In this document: positions 9,591-18,883 of the stretch, piece after piece
How the letters are laid out: each line of letters starts with the position of its first letter
How positions within the stretch are numbered: position 1 is the first letter of the stretch
Assembly: GCA_963808235.1 (NCBI GenBank)
Contig: CAWEEQ010000004.1
Location: forward strand, 3,456,001 to 3,520,000
Length of the DNA stretch: 64,000 nucleotides
DNA from: an uncultured delta proteobacterium
GTDB taxonomy: Bacteria > Desulfobacterota > Binatia > Binatales > Binataceae
Direction: 5' to 3'
Made by a program: the position numbers and the translations under genes
Notes under the pieces: generated by a model
Told to the model about the DNA's origin: nothing
What the model saw: only the letters and a program-made list of their open reading frames with translations
Database searches by the model: none

Positions 9591-10112
9591 CTATCTAATG
9601 TCGGGCTCCCAAGGCGTCATACGAGGTATCCATCGCGGAACATGCGTTTTGTAGCGCAGGTAGTCCTGGCCGAATCTTGCGGCGAGCCCCGGCTCCTCAC
9701 TGAGCGGCATGTAGACGCAGTTGATTGCGGCGAAGATCGCGAGCCACTCCAGAATCGCGACCGAGCCAAACAGGATGGCCTCGCCGAGCAAGATTGCCAG
9801 CACACCGCTGATCATTGGATTGCGTACGTAGCGGTAGGTGCCCCTTACCACCAGCTTGCGCGGCGGATCCCAAGGCGCAAGCGTCCCCTCGCCTTCAGTC
9901 GAGAACATCCAGATGGTTCTGGCTGCAAAACATAGACCTGCAACCATGATCGCGAGCCCGACTGCTGCCACGACTATGTTGAAAGGGATAGAGAGGCTGA
10001 AACCGATCTCAACGCCTCGGGTGGAAGCGAGCCATCCCGGAACAACGCCGGCCACCATGGTCGGGAGCGCGAGAACTGAAACCACGCTGCGAATAAGCAG
10101 GTCCGGTTTCAT
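9591..10112 (-). CDS. Isoprenylcysteine carboxylmethyltransferase (ICMT/PEMT) family membrane protein
   Basis: GTLAPWDPPRKLVVRGTYRYVRNPM and EEPGL..RFG..Y..Y...VPRW. Confidence 0.9.
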   Translation of the reverse strand: MKPDLLIRSVVSVLALPTMVAGVVPGWLASTRGVEIGFSLSIPFNIVVAAVGLAIMVAGLCFAARTIWMFSTEGEGTLAPWDPPRKLVVRGTYRYVRNPMISGVLAILLGEAILFGSVAILEWLAIFAAINCVYMPLSEEPGLAARFGQDYLRYKTHVPRWIPRMTPWEPDIR

Positions 10113-10149
10113 TGCATTGAATTAATTCCTTTGTCAGGCGGCCAGCCGC

Positions 10150-10572
10150 TTATCGCTCGTAGTGCCTGATCTCGAGCAGGTGCTTGCTGGGGTCGAAGAA
10201 GTAGAGGCTCTTGCCTGCGCCGCGCGCGCCGCCGCCGGCCGAATTAATCGAGTCGATCGTTTCGTCGCCCGGACCGCGCATATTTCCGACCGAGTCGAAC
10301 GAATCGCCGTATTCGATCTTCGCTTCCCGGACTTTGCGGAAGACCTCGTCGAACTCGGCGCGGGACATCGCGAAGGCAAGATGCTCGCCGCCCTTGGTTC
10401 CCCAATCCGCGATTTGCAGGGTGAAGTCGACCGTCACGCGCAGCGTCGAAAACGGCTCGCGGTCGCCCTCGTACTTGAGGCCGAGGATTTGGGTATAGAA
10501 CTCGATGCTCTTTTTTCGATCGTTCACGGCGAGAATCATATGGTCGAGTCGTATAGCCATTGCATTACTCAC
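10150..10572 (-). CDS. VOC/glyoxalase family protein
   Basis: LDHMILAVND...FYTQILGL, HLAF, SLYFFDPSKHLLEI. Confidence 0.9.
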   Translation of the reverse strand: MSNAMAIRLDHMILAVNDRKKSIEFYTQILGLKYEGDREPFSTLRVTVDFTLQIADWGTKGGEHLAFAMSRAEFDEVFRKVREAKIEYGDSFDSVGNMRGPGDETIDSINSAGGGARGAGKSLYFFDPSKHLLEIRHYER

Positions 10573-10953
10573 TCCGGGAACTGAGTCAGCGACAGGAGAT
10601 TACCGTCGGGATCCTTGAACCATGCCACTTTGCCGGCTACGCCCGGAGTGGTCCAGATTCCCGCCGCATCCTGTTGCAGTTCCGGAATGCGCTCGAACTT
10701 GACGCCCTTCTTTGCGAGCTTGTCGACAGTTGCCTTGATGTCGGGAACTTTCCAACCCAGTGCCGTGAACGGCAGCGGGGTAAACTTTCTCGCGCGGCTT
10801 CTCAATGTGAAGGTGTCGGCCGCCGACCTCGTAGATGATCGCCCACCAGGCATCCTCGACCAGCTTGAGGCCGAGCACATCGCCGTAGAACGCTTTCGCG
10901 CGTTCCGGATCGGTGGTTCCGATGAATGCCATCACTTCGTAATCGCCAAGCAT
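10569..10953 (-). CDS. VOC/glyoxalase family protein (one frameshift ~10790)
   Basis: N-terminus AKAFYGDVLGL in ORF 10600..10953 and C-terminus VAWFKDPDGNLLSL in ORF 10569..10880. 4-bp GTGA overlap with the next gene. Confidence 0.85.
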
Positions 10954-11034
10954 GATTGAGACTCCCTTTCTGTCAGTGTTCGATTACATCTAGCACTATG
11001 AGCCGGTGGCCGTCTTGCGCTAGATTGCCAACCG

Positions 11035-11814
11035 ATGCCGAAAAAGCGCCATTGGTTCTTTGACCCGTACAAGTACAAAATCCGCGTCGGCATACGCGGC
11101 GAATTCCCCAACGGCCATCTGATCAGAACGCACTCGCATCCGTGGCATCAGCTCACTTTCGCGCCGCGAGGAGTATTGACGGTGCGAACACCCGACGGCA
11201 CCTGGATTGTGCCGCCGCATCGAGCGGTCTGGGTTCCCGCGCGCACACGACATTCGGTGCAGATGTCGGGAACGGTGCTGATGCAGGCGCTGTACATCGC
11301 CCCGAGTCTCGGCGCGTCTGTGCCGACTCGATGCCGGGTGCTCGGCATATCCGCACTTTTGCGCGAGCTCATCCACCGGGTCGGTGAGCTTAAGTGGCTG
11401 GACCTTCGCATCCCGGTTCAAGCGCATATTGCGGCGGTGCTGCTGGACGAGATTCGAGTGGTGGAAGCGGAGGCGGACGTTGTGAATCTCACGATGCCGC
11501 GCGATAGCCGGGCGCGACGAGTCGCCTCCATCCTTCAGGAAGATCCAGCTGAGAAGAGGCCGCTCGCGGAGTTGTCGAGGAGCGGGGGCGCCAGCCAGCG
11601 TACTATCGAGCGGCTGTTCAGATCGGAAACAGGATTGGGCTTCGGGCGGTGGCGTCAACAGCTCCGGCTAGGTCACGCTCTTCGGCTGCTCGCGGCCGGT
11701 GACGCCGTCACCAACGTGGCGCTGGAGGTAGGTTACGACAGTGCCAGCGCTTTCATCTCAGCCTTTCGGACAACGTTCGGCGAGACTCCGGGGCAATATT
11801 TCCGCTCGGTGTGA
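11035..11814 (+). CDS. AraC family transcriptional regulator (cupin plus HTH)
   Basis: HSHPWHQL cupin, VPPHRAVWVPA, SQRTIERLF, VALEVGYDSASAFISAFR. Divergent from the VOC operon. Confidence 0.92.
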   Translation: MPKKRHWFFDPYKYKIRVGIRGEFPNGHLIRTHSHPWHQLTFAPRGVLTVRTPDGTWIVPPHRAVWVPARTRHSVQMSGTVLMQALYIAPSLGASVPTRCRVLGISALLRELIHRVGELKWLDLRIPVQAHIAAVLLDEIRVVEAEADVVNLTMPRDSRARRVASILQEDPAEKRPLAELSRSGGASQRTIERLFRSETGLGFGRWRQQLRLGHALRLLAAGDAVTNVALEVGYDSASAFISAFRTTFGETPGQYFRSV

Positions 11815-11850
11815 TTATGGATTGAGACGGGGAGCAGGAATTCGATCGGA

Positions 11851-12165
11851 CTAGGAGCTGATTATAATACCGGGGGGGACGCTCCACTTCTTTTCGTCTT
11901 CGGTATCGGTCTCCAGCTTTTTTCCGGGGCAGGGCGAGGAGATCCAGCGTTGATTTACGTCATCGATGAGACGCTTGAAGAAGAGGGTCGAGACGTGAAC
12001 GGCGTAGCGTTCGCGTGAGCCGTCATCCTCGACGAAGGTGCGGCCGCATCGCTGGCAATAGCGCTGAGTCAGCGGATGGCCTCGCACAATTTCGACCCAA
12101 CGTCCCTCGGGCTCCGTCCAATTGTGAGTCTCCCACGGGTGAACGTTAGCTGCTCCTGCCGCCAT
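11851..12165 (-). CDS. Small hypothetical protein, possible Zn-binding (H, CxxC, C)
   Basis: GAGAGG SD upstream, THNW, YCQRCGR, SPCPG. Confidence 0.65.
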   Translation of the reverse strand: MAAGAANVHPWETHNWTEPEGRWVEIVRGHPLTQRYCQRCGRTFVEDDGSRERYAVHVSTLFFKRLIDDVNQRWISSPCPGKKLETDTEDEKKWSVPPGIIISS

Positions 12166-12407
12166 CGAAATGATCCTCTCCTGGGCCTGGCACCGTGCTA
12201 ATCAGAACTGCTGTTATGTCGAGAAACTAAAATAATAACTTTTGCAGATTAATTGCAAACCGAAAGCCCGTGTCCCCTACAAGACAAATCATTAAGTTGG
12301 AAACCTTGTCTTGCATGGCAAAACGTGTGTAGCGACACCAAAAGAGGCGGAGCTACGGAGAAGGTAAAGAGGACGGTCTTCTGCGTGAATTGAGGTTGGA
12401 TCGGGCG

Positions 12408-12450
12408 CCCTCACCCGAGGTGCGCGTCGACCTCTCCCGAAGGGAGAGGT
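12408..12450. repeat. REP-like hairpin, same family as 4249-4667 in opposite orientation
   Basis: CCCTCACCCG...CCTCTCCCGAAGGGAGAGG, downstream of the tetR-family stop. Confidence 0.7.
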
Positions 12451-12479
12451 GTGGACTCACTTTGGCGCCTGGAGGGGAG

Positions 12480-13091
12480 CTAGAACTTCGCGGTTTTCAA
12501 TGCGTTCAGAATTCGGCCGGTCAGCTTGAGGTTGAGCGTCTTGCCCTCGAGCGCCATCGCCTCGAGGATCAAAACGACCATCTGCGGGATTAGATCGTAC
12601 TCGGCGCCTGCGGTTGCGGGGCGCGGAAAAAGTTCCTTGAAGGAGAGATCGATAAACTCGGCCATCCGATCATTCACCCCGCTGACCGCGCCGCGCAGAT
12701 AGGAATCGGTGCGGCTCGCGACCACCAGCTCGATCCATGCGGTTGCGAGCGGTCCGTTGGCGATTTCCCACAGCAGATCGATCGCCATCGCGCGCCGATC
12801 GTTCTCGTTGCCGAGGCGGCCGACCTTCTCCTTGATGTCGGTGAACATCAACTGGAACAGATGCTCGACCGCGCTGGTGAGCAATTCCTCTTTGCGCGGA
12901 AAGTGATAGAGCTGCGCGCCGCGCGAGAGGCCGGCGCGCTCGGCGACTTCGGAGGTGGTGGTGTTGCCGTACCCGCGATCGATGAGGCACCGGATAGCGG
13001 AATCGAGGAGGCGGCGCCGTGTTTCGGCGGTCTTCTCGTCCTGGGTAAGACGGGTCTTGAGATTGCGGCCGACGGGTGAGGATGCGCCCAT
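12480..13091 (-). CDS. TetR/AcrR family transcriptional regulator
   Basis: TRRRLLDSAIRCLIDRGYGNTTTSEVAERAGLSRGAQLYHFPRKEELL. Confidence 0.93.
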   Translation of the reverse strand: MGASSPVGRNLKTRLTQDEKTAETRRRLLDSAIRCLIDRGYGNTTTSEVAERAGLSRGAQLYHFPRKEELLTSAVEHLFQLMFTDIKEKVGRLGNENDRRAMAIDLLWEIANGPLATAWIELVVASRTDSYLRGAVSGVNDRMAEFIDLSFKELFPRPATAGAEYDLIPQMVVLILEAMALEGKTLNLKLTGRILNALKTAKF

Positions 13092-13163
13092 AATTCGGAC
13101 AATCTAGCAGGTCATGGTTTGCGATCAAGGTAACAAATTGACAACGGACAGCTTGCGGGTTGC

Positions 13164-13610
13164 TCAGAACTGTGCGGACAGCAATCGACGGCGCTCGGTG
13201 GATTTCGCGAGCTCGTCCCAGATGGCAGCTTCGACTTTGCGCGCGTCGGTGGAGGTTTGCGATTCGACGTGAGCGTGGAGATCGATCAGCGCGGCGCGGA
13301 GCGCGCAGTTATTGTCCTCGAGCGCCGAGATGTGGAAGTCGCGATCGATGCTTTCGGCCAACCGCAAAAGCCGGTTGCGCAGAGCGGAATCGTTCACCGC
13401 GGGAGCGGCCTTCAGGAATAGTTCGCGAAGACGATTGTTCTCTTCGATGCGGCGGCTCGCGGCGCGATCCCATTCTTCGCTAACGATGGCGAGCAGGGTC
13501 GCTACCATGGCGACGGTTCCCTGGTGGTAGGCGGGAGCGATCGCGGGGATCACGCGCTCGAGGAGATCCATCGCCATGGTTTGGAAAACGATTTCGACGC
13601 GCGGTCTCAT
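13164..13610 (-). CDS. Small helical partner of the phosphotransferase (LvaB/DUF6285-like)
   Basis: ATGA overlap with the upstream kinase stop; 148-aa helical protein starting MRPRVEIVFQ. Confidence 0.65.
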   Translation of the reverse strand: MRPRVEIVFQTMAMDLLERVIPAIAPAYHQGTVAMVATLLAIVSEEWDRAASRRIEENNRLRELFLKAAPAVNDSALRNRLLRLAESIDRDFHISALEDNNCALRAALIDLHAHVESQTSTDARKVEAAIWDELAKSTERRRLLSAQF

Positions 13611-14647
13611 GCAGTCCCTCCGAGCAGATGTCCCATCAGTTCGAGCGCCGCGCGGTCCTGGCTGTTCATCAGCGCCCACGAGCTTAGAACCAGGATTGGA
13701 TCCTTGTTCGATCCGGTCTCCCACGCGTGCGCGCTCGAAACCCAAATCCCCTGGCCCTTCACGGTCGCGAACAATTCCCACCAGTGGAGCGCATCGAGAT
13801 CGGCTTTCAGGCCGCTCGACTTTTCCCAGATTTCGATGGCCTCCTCGCGCGGGATCAAACCGCCGCGGCGATCGTCGTGCGCCCAGCACCAGACCCGGTT
13901 CAAGCTCCAGCCCAAATCTTCGAGCGGATCGCCAAGATGAGCCATCTCCCAATCGAGGATTCCGTGAATGCGCCCTTGTTCGTCGAAGAGAAAATTTCCG
14001 GTGCGATAGTCGCCGTGCACGACGCTCACTTTTTGCGCCGGCGGCGGAGGATTGCGCCGCATCCATCGAATAGCGGCGCGCATTATCGGCTGCGGAATCA
14101 GTTCGTCGGAATCGAGCACGCCTTCCCAATAGTCGAGCTCGCGCTTCCAGCATTGGTCAGGAGCAACAGATTCCATGGTGCCGACCAGTCCGAGTTTTGC
14201 GGGATCCGCCGACGCGATCGCGCCGAGTATCGACCACTTCTGCTGGGCGATTTTTTGGTGGTGCGCGGCATAGGGCTCCATCAGGATTCGCGCAGGTGAG
14301 GTCTGGAAGCCGGTCATCTCGACGCTGATGAAAAACGGGCTGCCGAGATGACGCGCGTCGTCCTCGAGCCAGAGAACCTCGGGGACCGGAACCGAGGTCC
14401 CGAAGAAGGCCTTGTAGGCCGCAAATTCGATTTTTCGGTCGGTGTCGATGAGACTCGCGGATGGATCGCGGCGCAGGATGAGACGGCGCTCGTGCGCCCG
14501 TCCGCGATCGAGATAGGAAAGGCGAAATCGATAGGTCTGCCGCGACGCGCCGCCGGAGATCTGCTCGAGCTGATCGACGCGAATCTCCGCAGCCGCGGGC
14601 ATTTTCAGCTGGATATATTCCGCCAGTGATGCTTCGAGGGAAGCCAT
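13607..14647 (-). CDS. APH-family phosphotransferase (LvaA/ACAD10-11 kinase-like)
   Basis: ISGGASRQT, VPVPEV, VVHGDYRTGNFL, ILDWEMAHLGDPLEDLGW. Confidence 0.88.
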   Translation of the reverse strand: MASLEASLAEYIQLKMPAAAEIRVDQLEQISGGASRQTYRFRLSYLDRGRAHERRLILRRDPSASLIDTDRKIEFAAYKAFFGTSVPVPEVLWLEDDARHLGSPFFISVEMTGFQTSPARILMEPYAAHHQKIAQQKWSILGAIASADPAKLGLVGTMESVAPDQCWKRELDYWEGVLDSDELIPQPIMRAAIRWMRRNPPPPAQKVSVVHGDYRTGNFLFDEQGRIHGILDWEMAHLGDPLEDLGWSLNRVWCWAHDDRRGGLIPREEAIEIWEKSSGLKADLDALHWWELFATVKGQGIWVSSAHAWETGSNKDPILVLSSWALMNSQDRAALELMGHLLGGTA

Positions 14648-14678
14648 CCGAGAATAACTACCTCATTTCGAAAAAAAT

Positions 14679-15923
14679 TCAGAGCGCGCGCAGCTGCTCC
14701 AGGTACTGCTCGGAAAACATTTCCGCGGGCAGGACCTCGGGTCCGACGAATCCCACCGGCAACAGATCGGCGATGGTTCCGCGCGCGCGCTCTTCGCGGA
14801 CTTTTCGACGGCGTTCGAGTGCGCGCGGGCCGAACTCGGCATTTAGAATCGACACGCTCGACGCGGTCAATCTCAAGCGGCGCATACGCTCGGAGCGCTC
14901 TTCGGCGTACGGACGGAACACTTCCGGAGTCCAGTTGCGATCGCCAAGCATCAGGTCCCGCACGATGCGCACGTCGCGGTAAGTGATCGAAAGACCCTGG
15001 CCGATGATCGGATCGTTGTGGCCGGCGGCATCTCCGATCAACACGACTCCCGGCGCGAAAGGCGTCTCGGTCCAGGTGTCCTCGTTGCCGTAGGAATTGC
15101 ACGGACCGGCCGGGGTACCGTTCGCGAGATACTGGCTTCCGGGAACCGACTTGAGTCTGAACGCCTGGAGAAAATTCGCCTGGCTCTCCGCGCCAGAAAA
15201 GCGCCGCTTCTGATCGGTCGCATAACAAATGTACAAACGAACCCGCGTCGCGGATTGCGGGAAGGCGAGGAAATTGACGTCGCCCTCGGTGCCGAAGACC
15301 TGAAGATCCTGCGGCCATCCGCCGGTGTTATCGACCAGCAGCCCGGCCATCAGATGATGGGTTGGATCGCGATGCTGCACGACGCCGGCCTGGACGCGTA
15401 CGATGGAGTTGCGTCCGTCGGCGCCGACGACGAGTCGGGGGTTGAACTGAATTGTTCGGTCGGCGTGGCGAAAGCGCACCTCCGGCGATGCGCCGGGAGT
15501 GATCTCGACGTCGCTCACACCGCGCATCAGTCTGGCGCCGCGCGCGATCGCTTCGGCGTTGAGGAGATCGCACATATCGGGATGACGCATGCAGAGCGGC
15601 GGCTTCAGGCCGGCGCCTTCGAAGGCGGTCAGATCCAGGGTCTGCGTTTGCGCGATTTCGGCGTCGATGTCGTCGCCAAACGGAATATGCCTTTTCAGAT
15701 GATGGCCGCCGGCATGGAGCAACAGTTCGTACAATCCGAGCCGCTCGGTTTCCTTGACGCCCCAAGGCGCAAGCCATTCGCCGCGAACGTGATCGATGTG
15801 CTCGGTGGATTTTTCGATAATCGTCGTCGCGATACCGCTCTGCGCGAGCACACAGGCAAGCGCGCTGCCGCCGATACCCGCGCCAACGACACAGACTTCG
15901 GGATGGTCGGAATTGATGCCCAT
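14679..15923 (-). CDS. FAD-dependent monooxygenase
   Basis: VVGAGIGG, VVGADGRNS and LIGDAAGHNDPIIGQGL fingerprints. Confidence 0.9.
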   Translation of the reverse strand: MGINSDHPEVCVVGAGIGGSALACVLAQSGIATTIIEKSTEHIDHVRGEWLAPWGVKETERLGLYELLLHAGGHHLKRHIPFGDDIDAEIAQTQTLDLTAFEGAGLKPPLCMRHPDMCDLLNAEAIARGARLMRGVSDVEITPGASPEVRFRHADRTIQFNPRLVVGADGRNSIVRVQAGVVQHRDPTHHLMAGLLVDNTGGWPQDLQVFGTEGDVNFLAFPQSATRVRLYICYATDQKRRFSGAESQANFLQAFRLKSVPGSQYLANGTPAGPCNSYGNEDTWTETPFAPGVVLIGDAAGHNDPIIGQGLSITYRDVRIVRDLMLGDRNWTPEVFRPYAEERSERMRRLRLTASSVSILNAEFGPRALERRRKVREERARGTIADLLPVGFVGPEVLPAEMFSEQYLEQLRAL

Positions 15924-15991
15924 GGTTTAGTTACTCAAGCGCATAGGCGATGATGGAACAAGTGTTCGACTGTTCGACAAGGAGTGACCCC

Positions 15992-16570
15992 GTGGAAAAA
16001 GACGACTCGGACGGAATCGGCAAATTGCTCCGCGACATCACCCGCGCGTACGAGGACGGCCTCGGGGCGATCGGCAACGCGATCAACGATCTCGGCAAAC
16101 GGCGAATTCCAGAGAGCGAGCGGCAGATCGAACGCTGGATCGGCGTCGCGCGCGCGGCGAAGGACGGCTACGTCGCGGCAATCGATCAGGGTTTCGCGGT
16201 TTGGGAGCGACGCATCCGCCGCGCACTCGCGCCGGAAAAATCCGAGCCGGAAAAAGAAACCACGCGCGAGCAGAAGGGGCCTGCCAGCCAGCTCGATGCG
16301 TGGGTCGAGGAATGGCGCAAAGCCAATGAGTCGTTCATGCGTTCGGTCGGCGAGAGCGGAATTGGCGAGGAGGCGGTGAAGCAGGCGCGAGAACTTCGCA
16401 AGACCGTCGAGTCAGGCCTCAAGAATCTGCAGAAGCTGTGGCAGCCGCCGAGCGAGCCCGGCGGAAGTGAATCTATCTTGCCGACGAATCCTAACCGCGG
16501 CCGGCTCGCAGCAGCTTGCCGGGCGTCGCGCCGGTGCATCGGCCGTCGTCCCAGGTCATCTCGCCGTTGA
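15992..16570 (+). CDS. Hypothetical amphipathic helical protein (3' end uncertain)
   Basis: AAGGAG SD before GTG 15992; helical composition. The last ~30 codons overlap the convergent gene, so the true stop may be near 16470. Confidence 0.6.
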   Translation: MEKDDSDGIGKLLRDITRAYEDGLGAIGNAINDLGKRRIPESERQIERWIGVARAAKDGYVAAIDQGFAVWERRIRRALAPEKSEPEKETTREQKGPASQLDAWVEEWRKANESFMRSVGESGIGEEAVKQARELRKTVESGLKNLQKLWQPPSEPGGSESILPTNPNRGRLAAACRASRRCIGRRPRSSRR

Positions 16571-18224
16571 CGATGATCGCGCGATAGCCGCGTGCGTGCT
16601 GAACGCGGCGCCATTCACCGCCCGGGAAGTCGTGGGAGATTTCGCCGACCCAGTCGGGCTCGACGCCGAGGCGCTCGAGATCGTAAACGACAACGTCGGC
16701 AGCGAGACCTTCGCGCAATACTCCGCGATCGCGAAAACCCGCGGCGTGCGCGGGCAGGGCCGAAAGGCGATAGTGCGCCTCCTCGAGGGTGATCCGTTTT
16801 TCGTCGCGAACCAGCCAGCCGAGGAAATCGGTGGTGTAGGCGCCGCCGGTGAAGAACTTGGTGTGCGCGCCGCCATCGGATACGCCGGGGATCGTGTACG
16901 GCGAGTCGTTGATCATCTCGGCGTAAAACTCGGCATTGAAGCCGCGGTTGGGTCCGAGGAATTCCACTTTTAGATTTCCAGCGATCGACAGATCGAGCAT
17001 CACGTCGATTTCATGCTTGCCTTCCTCGGCCGCGATTTGGCCGACCGACTTGCCGACGTATTTTTCCAGCTCGGGCTTGTCGTCGGCCCATTGCACGATC
17101 AGATGACGGATTGGGCCGCCGACGCCCTTCTGAATTGCCTCGAGCTTGCGATTGGCCTCGTCGTGTTCGCGCTTGATCGCCTCGCGCAGCGCGGGATCCT
17201 TCATCTTGGCGATTTTCTGGTCGTTGCTTCCGGTCGTAACCTCGCGCCATGCAGGGCTCGCGTCGTACAAATTCCAATGCTCGAGCGTAAACGCGAAGCC
17301 GGTGCGAAGCGTCGCGGTCTGACCGAAGATCGGCAACCCCTTTTCGCGACAGCGCTTGAGCCATGCGAGGCTGCGCTGATGAATTTTAGGATCGCGGCGC
17401 GCGGGTGCAATTGCGTTGTGAAGTATCGGGCGATTCGCCTCGGCGGCAAGGCGTTCCAGGAACGCGAGATCGTCCTTGATTTTGCCGGTCGCCTGCGTGA
17501 TCTGGATGAAACCTTCGTCGCGATCGTGAAGCACACGCGCGAGGTTCAGGATGTCCTCGTCGCTCATCGTGTCGGTGACCATCGGCGAGCCGTCGAAGTC
17601 GGCCTGGGTCGAATCGGGGCCGAGGCGCTGAATCGAGAAGCCGCCGAGTCCGGCGTCCATTCCTTCGGCGAGCAGACGGCGCATCTCGGCGCGTTCAGCG
17701 TCGGTGGCAGGCCGGCTCTTGGCCGCGTCGAGGCCCATCACATAGACGAGCAGCGACGAGGTCGGCAGGTACTGGATCGCGTTGACACCTTTCGGCGTCC
17801 GATCGAGCGAGTCCATGTACTGCGGAATCGTTTCCCAGTCCCACGGCATCCCGGCTTTCATCGACTCGTAGGGGATTGCTTCGGTGCGCGTCATCGTCAG
17901 CATGGAGCGCTCGCGGAAATCCGGCTTGACTGGAACGAAGCCGAAGCCACAGTTGCCGAGCACGACCGAGGTGACTCCGTGCCATCCGGAAATCGTGCAG
18001 TAGGGATCCCAGCGGATTTGCGCATCGTAGTGAGTATGCAAATCGACGAAGCCGGGAGCGACGATCATGCCGCCCGCATCGATCGTTTTTTTCGCGAAGC
18101 CGGGAGAGCGTCCACCGATTTGCGCGATCTTGCCGTTCTTGATCCACAGGTCGGCGCGGAAACTCGGCACGCGAGTTCCATCGACCACGGTTCCATCTTT
18201 GATATGAAGGTCGAATTCGGCCAT
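16491..18224 (-). CDS. N-acyl-D-amino-acid deacylase family amidohydrolase
   Basis: GTVVDGT, APGFVDLHTHYDAQ, HGVTSVVLGNCGFG, SDGGAH, ADVVVYD; SD GGAGG. Confidence 0.92.
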   Translation of the reverse strand: MAEFDLHIKDGTVVDGTRVPSFRADLWIKNGKIAQIGGRSPGFAKKTIDAGGMIVAPGFVDLHTHYDAQIRWDPYCTISGWHGVTSVVLGNCGFGFVPVKPDFRERSMLTMTRTEAIPYESMKAGMPWDWETIPQYMDSLDRTPKGVNAIQYLPTSSLLVYVMGLDAAKSRPATDAERAEMRRLLAEGMDAGLGGFSIQRLGPDSTQADFDGSPMVTDTMSDEDILNLARVLHDRDEGFIQITQATGKIKDDLAFLERLAAEANRPILHNAIAPARRDPKIHQRSLAWLKRCREKGLPIFGQTATLRTGFAFTLEHWNLYDASPAWREVTTGSNDQKIAKMKDPALREAIKREHDEANRKLEAIQKGVGGPIRHLIVQWADDKPELEKYVGKSVGQIAAEEGKHEIDVMLDLSIAGNLKVEFLGPNRGFNAEFYAEMINDSPYTIPGVSDGGAHTKFFTGGAYTTDFLGWLVRDEKRITLEEAHYRLSALPAHAAGFRDRGVLREGLAADVVVYDLERLGVEPDWVGEISHDFPGGEWRRVQHARGYRAIIVNGEMTWDDGRCTGATPGKLLRAGRG

Positions 18225-18454
18225 CGAAGCGTCCTCCCGCGGAGACAAGCTTATGAGGCGGCGAATCGAGTCGCCGCGCGCCCGAACTCTTTTGTTCTTA
18301 GCCGATCGCGAATCGGATTGGCAAGCAAAAATTGAACGCTCGGTATGTTTGAGCATGCGTCGGGCAATCGACACGGAGGTACATGGTGTGGCGGCGAAAC
18401 TCGGCACTTCGCGCGAGGCATTTTCCGACGGTATAATCCCGGTTGAGGATTCGC

Positions 18455-18835
18455 ATGCCAACCGATCTCAACTCGATAGCGCCCGTATTTCTGGTCGAAG
18501 ATGTGAGACTCGCGGCGGAATACTACCGGGACAAGCTGGGCTTCGAACTCAGCGATTATTTCGGGGAGCCGCCGGAGTTCACGATCGTCACCCGTGACGG
18601 GCTAAAGATCGCGCTCAGTCGTCTGGCGAAAGGACGCGGCGGTTCCAATCGGGAACGGAAGAGGGGCGCGAGCGACGCGTACATCTGGGTCCGCGACGTC
18701 GAGGCTCTTCATAAGCAGTTCGAAAGCAGCGGCGCCAGGCTGATGGGGCCGCCGGTGACGAGAATCTACGGGCTGAAAGAGTTCGAGGTCCGAGACCTGG
18801 ATGGATATCTCCTCTGCTTCGGGCAGTTTGTCTGA
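18455..18835 (+). CDS. VOC/bleomycin-resistance-like protein
   Basis: APVFLVEDV...YYRDKLGF, YGLKEFEVRDLDGYLLCFGQ. Confidence 0.88.
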   Translation: MPTDLNSIAPVFLVEDVRLAAEYYRDKLGFELSDYFGEPPEFTIVTRDGLKIALSRLAKGRGGSNRERKRGASDAYIWVRDVEALHKQFESSGARLMGPPVTRIYGLKEFEVRDLDGYLLCFGQFV

Positions 18836-18883
18836 GAAATTCGCGGCGAGCGATCGCAAGCCTTATCAGATTGCGGCGTAATC

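Noticed and set aside
7921-9935. Long overlapping ORFs (7921..9354 -, 8331..9935 +) and similar ones such as 17013..18335 and 46104..46994
   Set aside because: Shadow frames of high-GC genes, Arg-rich or antisense with no motifs.
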